In this document: one piece after another, positions 63,956 through 64,000 of the stretch
Position numbering within the stretch: the first letter of the stretch is position 1
Layout of the letters: each line of letters opens with the position of its first letter
Source of the DNA: Rhodoferax sp.
Lineage (GTDB): Bacteria > Pseudomonadota > Gammaproteobacteria > Burkholderiales > Burkholderiaceae_C
Direction of reading: 5' to 3'
DNA length: 64,000 nucleotides
Assembly: GCF_011391645.1 (NCBI RefSeq)
Contig: NZ_JAABQC010000002.1
Location: 726-64,725 of the forward strand
Notes under the pieces: model-generated
What the model saw: only the letters and a program-made list of their open reading frames with translations
What the model was told of the DNA's origin: nothing
Databases searched by the model: none
Program-made: the position numbers and the translations under genes

Positions 63956-64000
63956 CAGACGCAGCGCCCGCCGTCGACTTCAATACACACGCCGTTGATA
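63955..64000 (-). CDS. 3' end of a probable SDR-family oxidoreductase (partial)
   Basis: Minus strand reads INGVCIEVDGGRCV-stop, a typical SDR C-terminus; the TGA overlaps the next ATG (TGATG). Confidence 0.6.
   Translation of the reverse strand, partial: INGVCIEVDGGRCV

Noticed and set aside
1-64000. CRISPR arrays, rRNA genes, IS elements or prophage genes
   Set aside because: None was recognised by eye anywhere in the window; an automated scan could still find short degenerate repeats.

Overview
A GC-rich betaproteobacterial chromosome segment, with gene content and order typical of Comamonadaceae/Burkholderiales. Most of it is housekeeping: nadA/nadC, gpsA-secB-grxC, folE, clsB, aspS, the ubiE-Tim44-ubiJ-ubiB cluster, hrcA/nadK/recN/rapZ, mutY/mutM, lolB-ispE-tRNA-Gln-prs-rplY-pth, coaD/rsmD, ftsY, pilC-pilD-coaE-zapD-yacG, argJ and secA. 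One clear accessory block (about 25.5-33.55 kb) sits directly downstream of a tRNA with a CAT anticodon (probably Ile2). It encodes a glutaminase fused to STAS and cyclic-nucleotide-binding domains, an uncharacterised HD-motif protein, a periplasmic FecR-domain protein, a TolC-OmpA fusion with no ABC/MFP partner nearby, and a CHASE2 class III nucleotide cyclase. In the cyclase, both base-selecting positions read Arg instead of the adenylate (Lys + Asp/Thr) or guanylate (Glu + Cys/Ser) pattern. The block could be a self-contained cyclic-nucleotide circuit (sensor, synthase, eraser, metabolic effector), possibly using a non-canonical nucleotide; this is a hypothesis. A second notable signal is a gpmA copy with several substituted active-site residues. 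All calls come from motif recognition by eye; no database searches were run.
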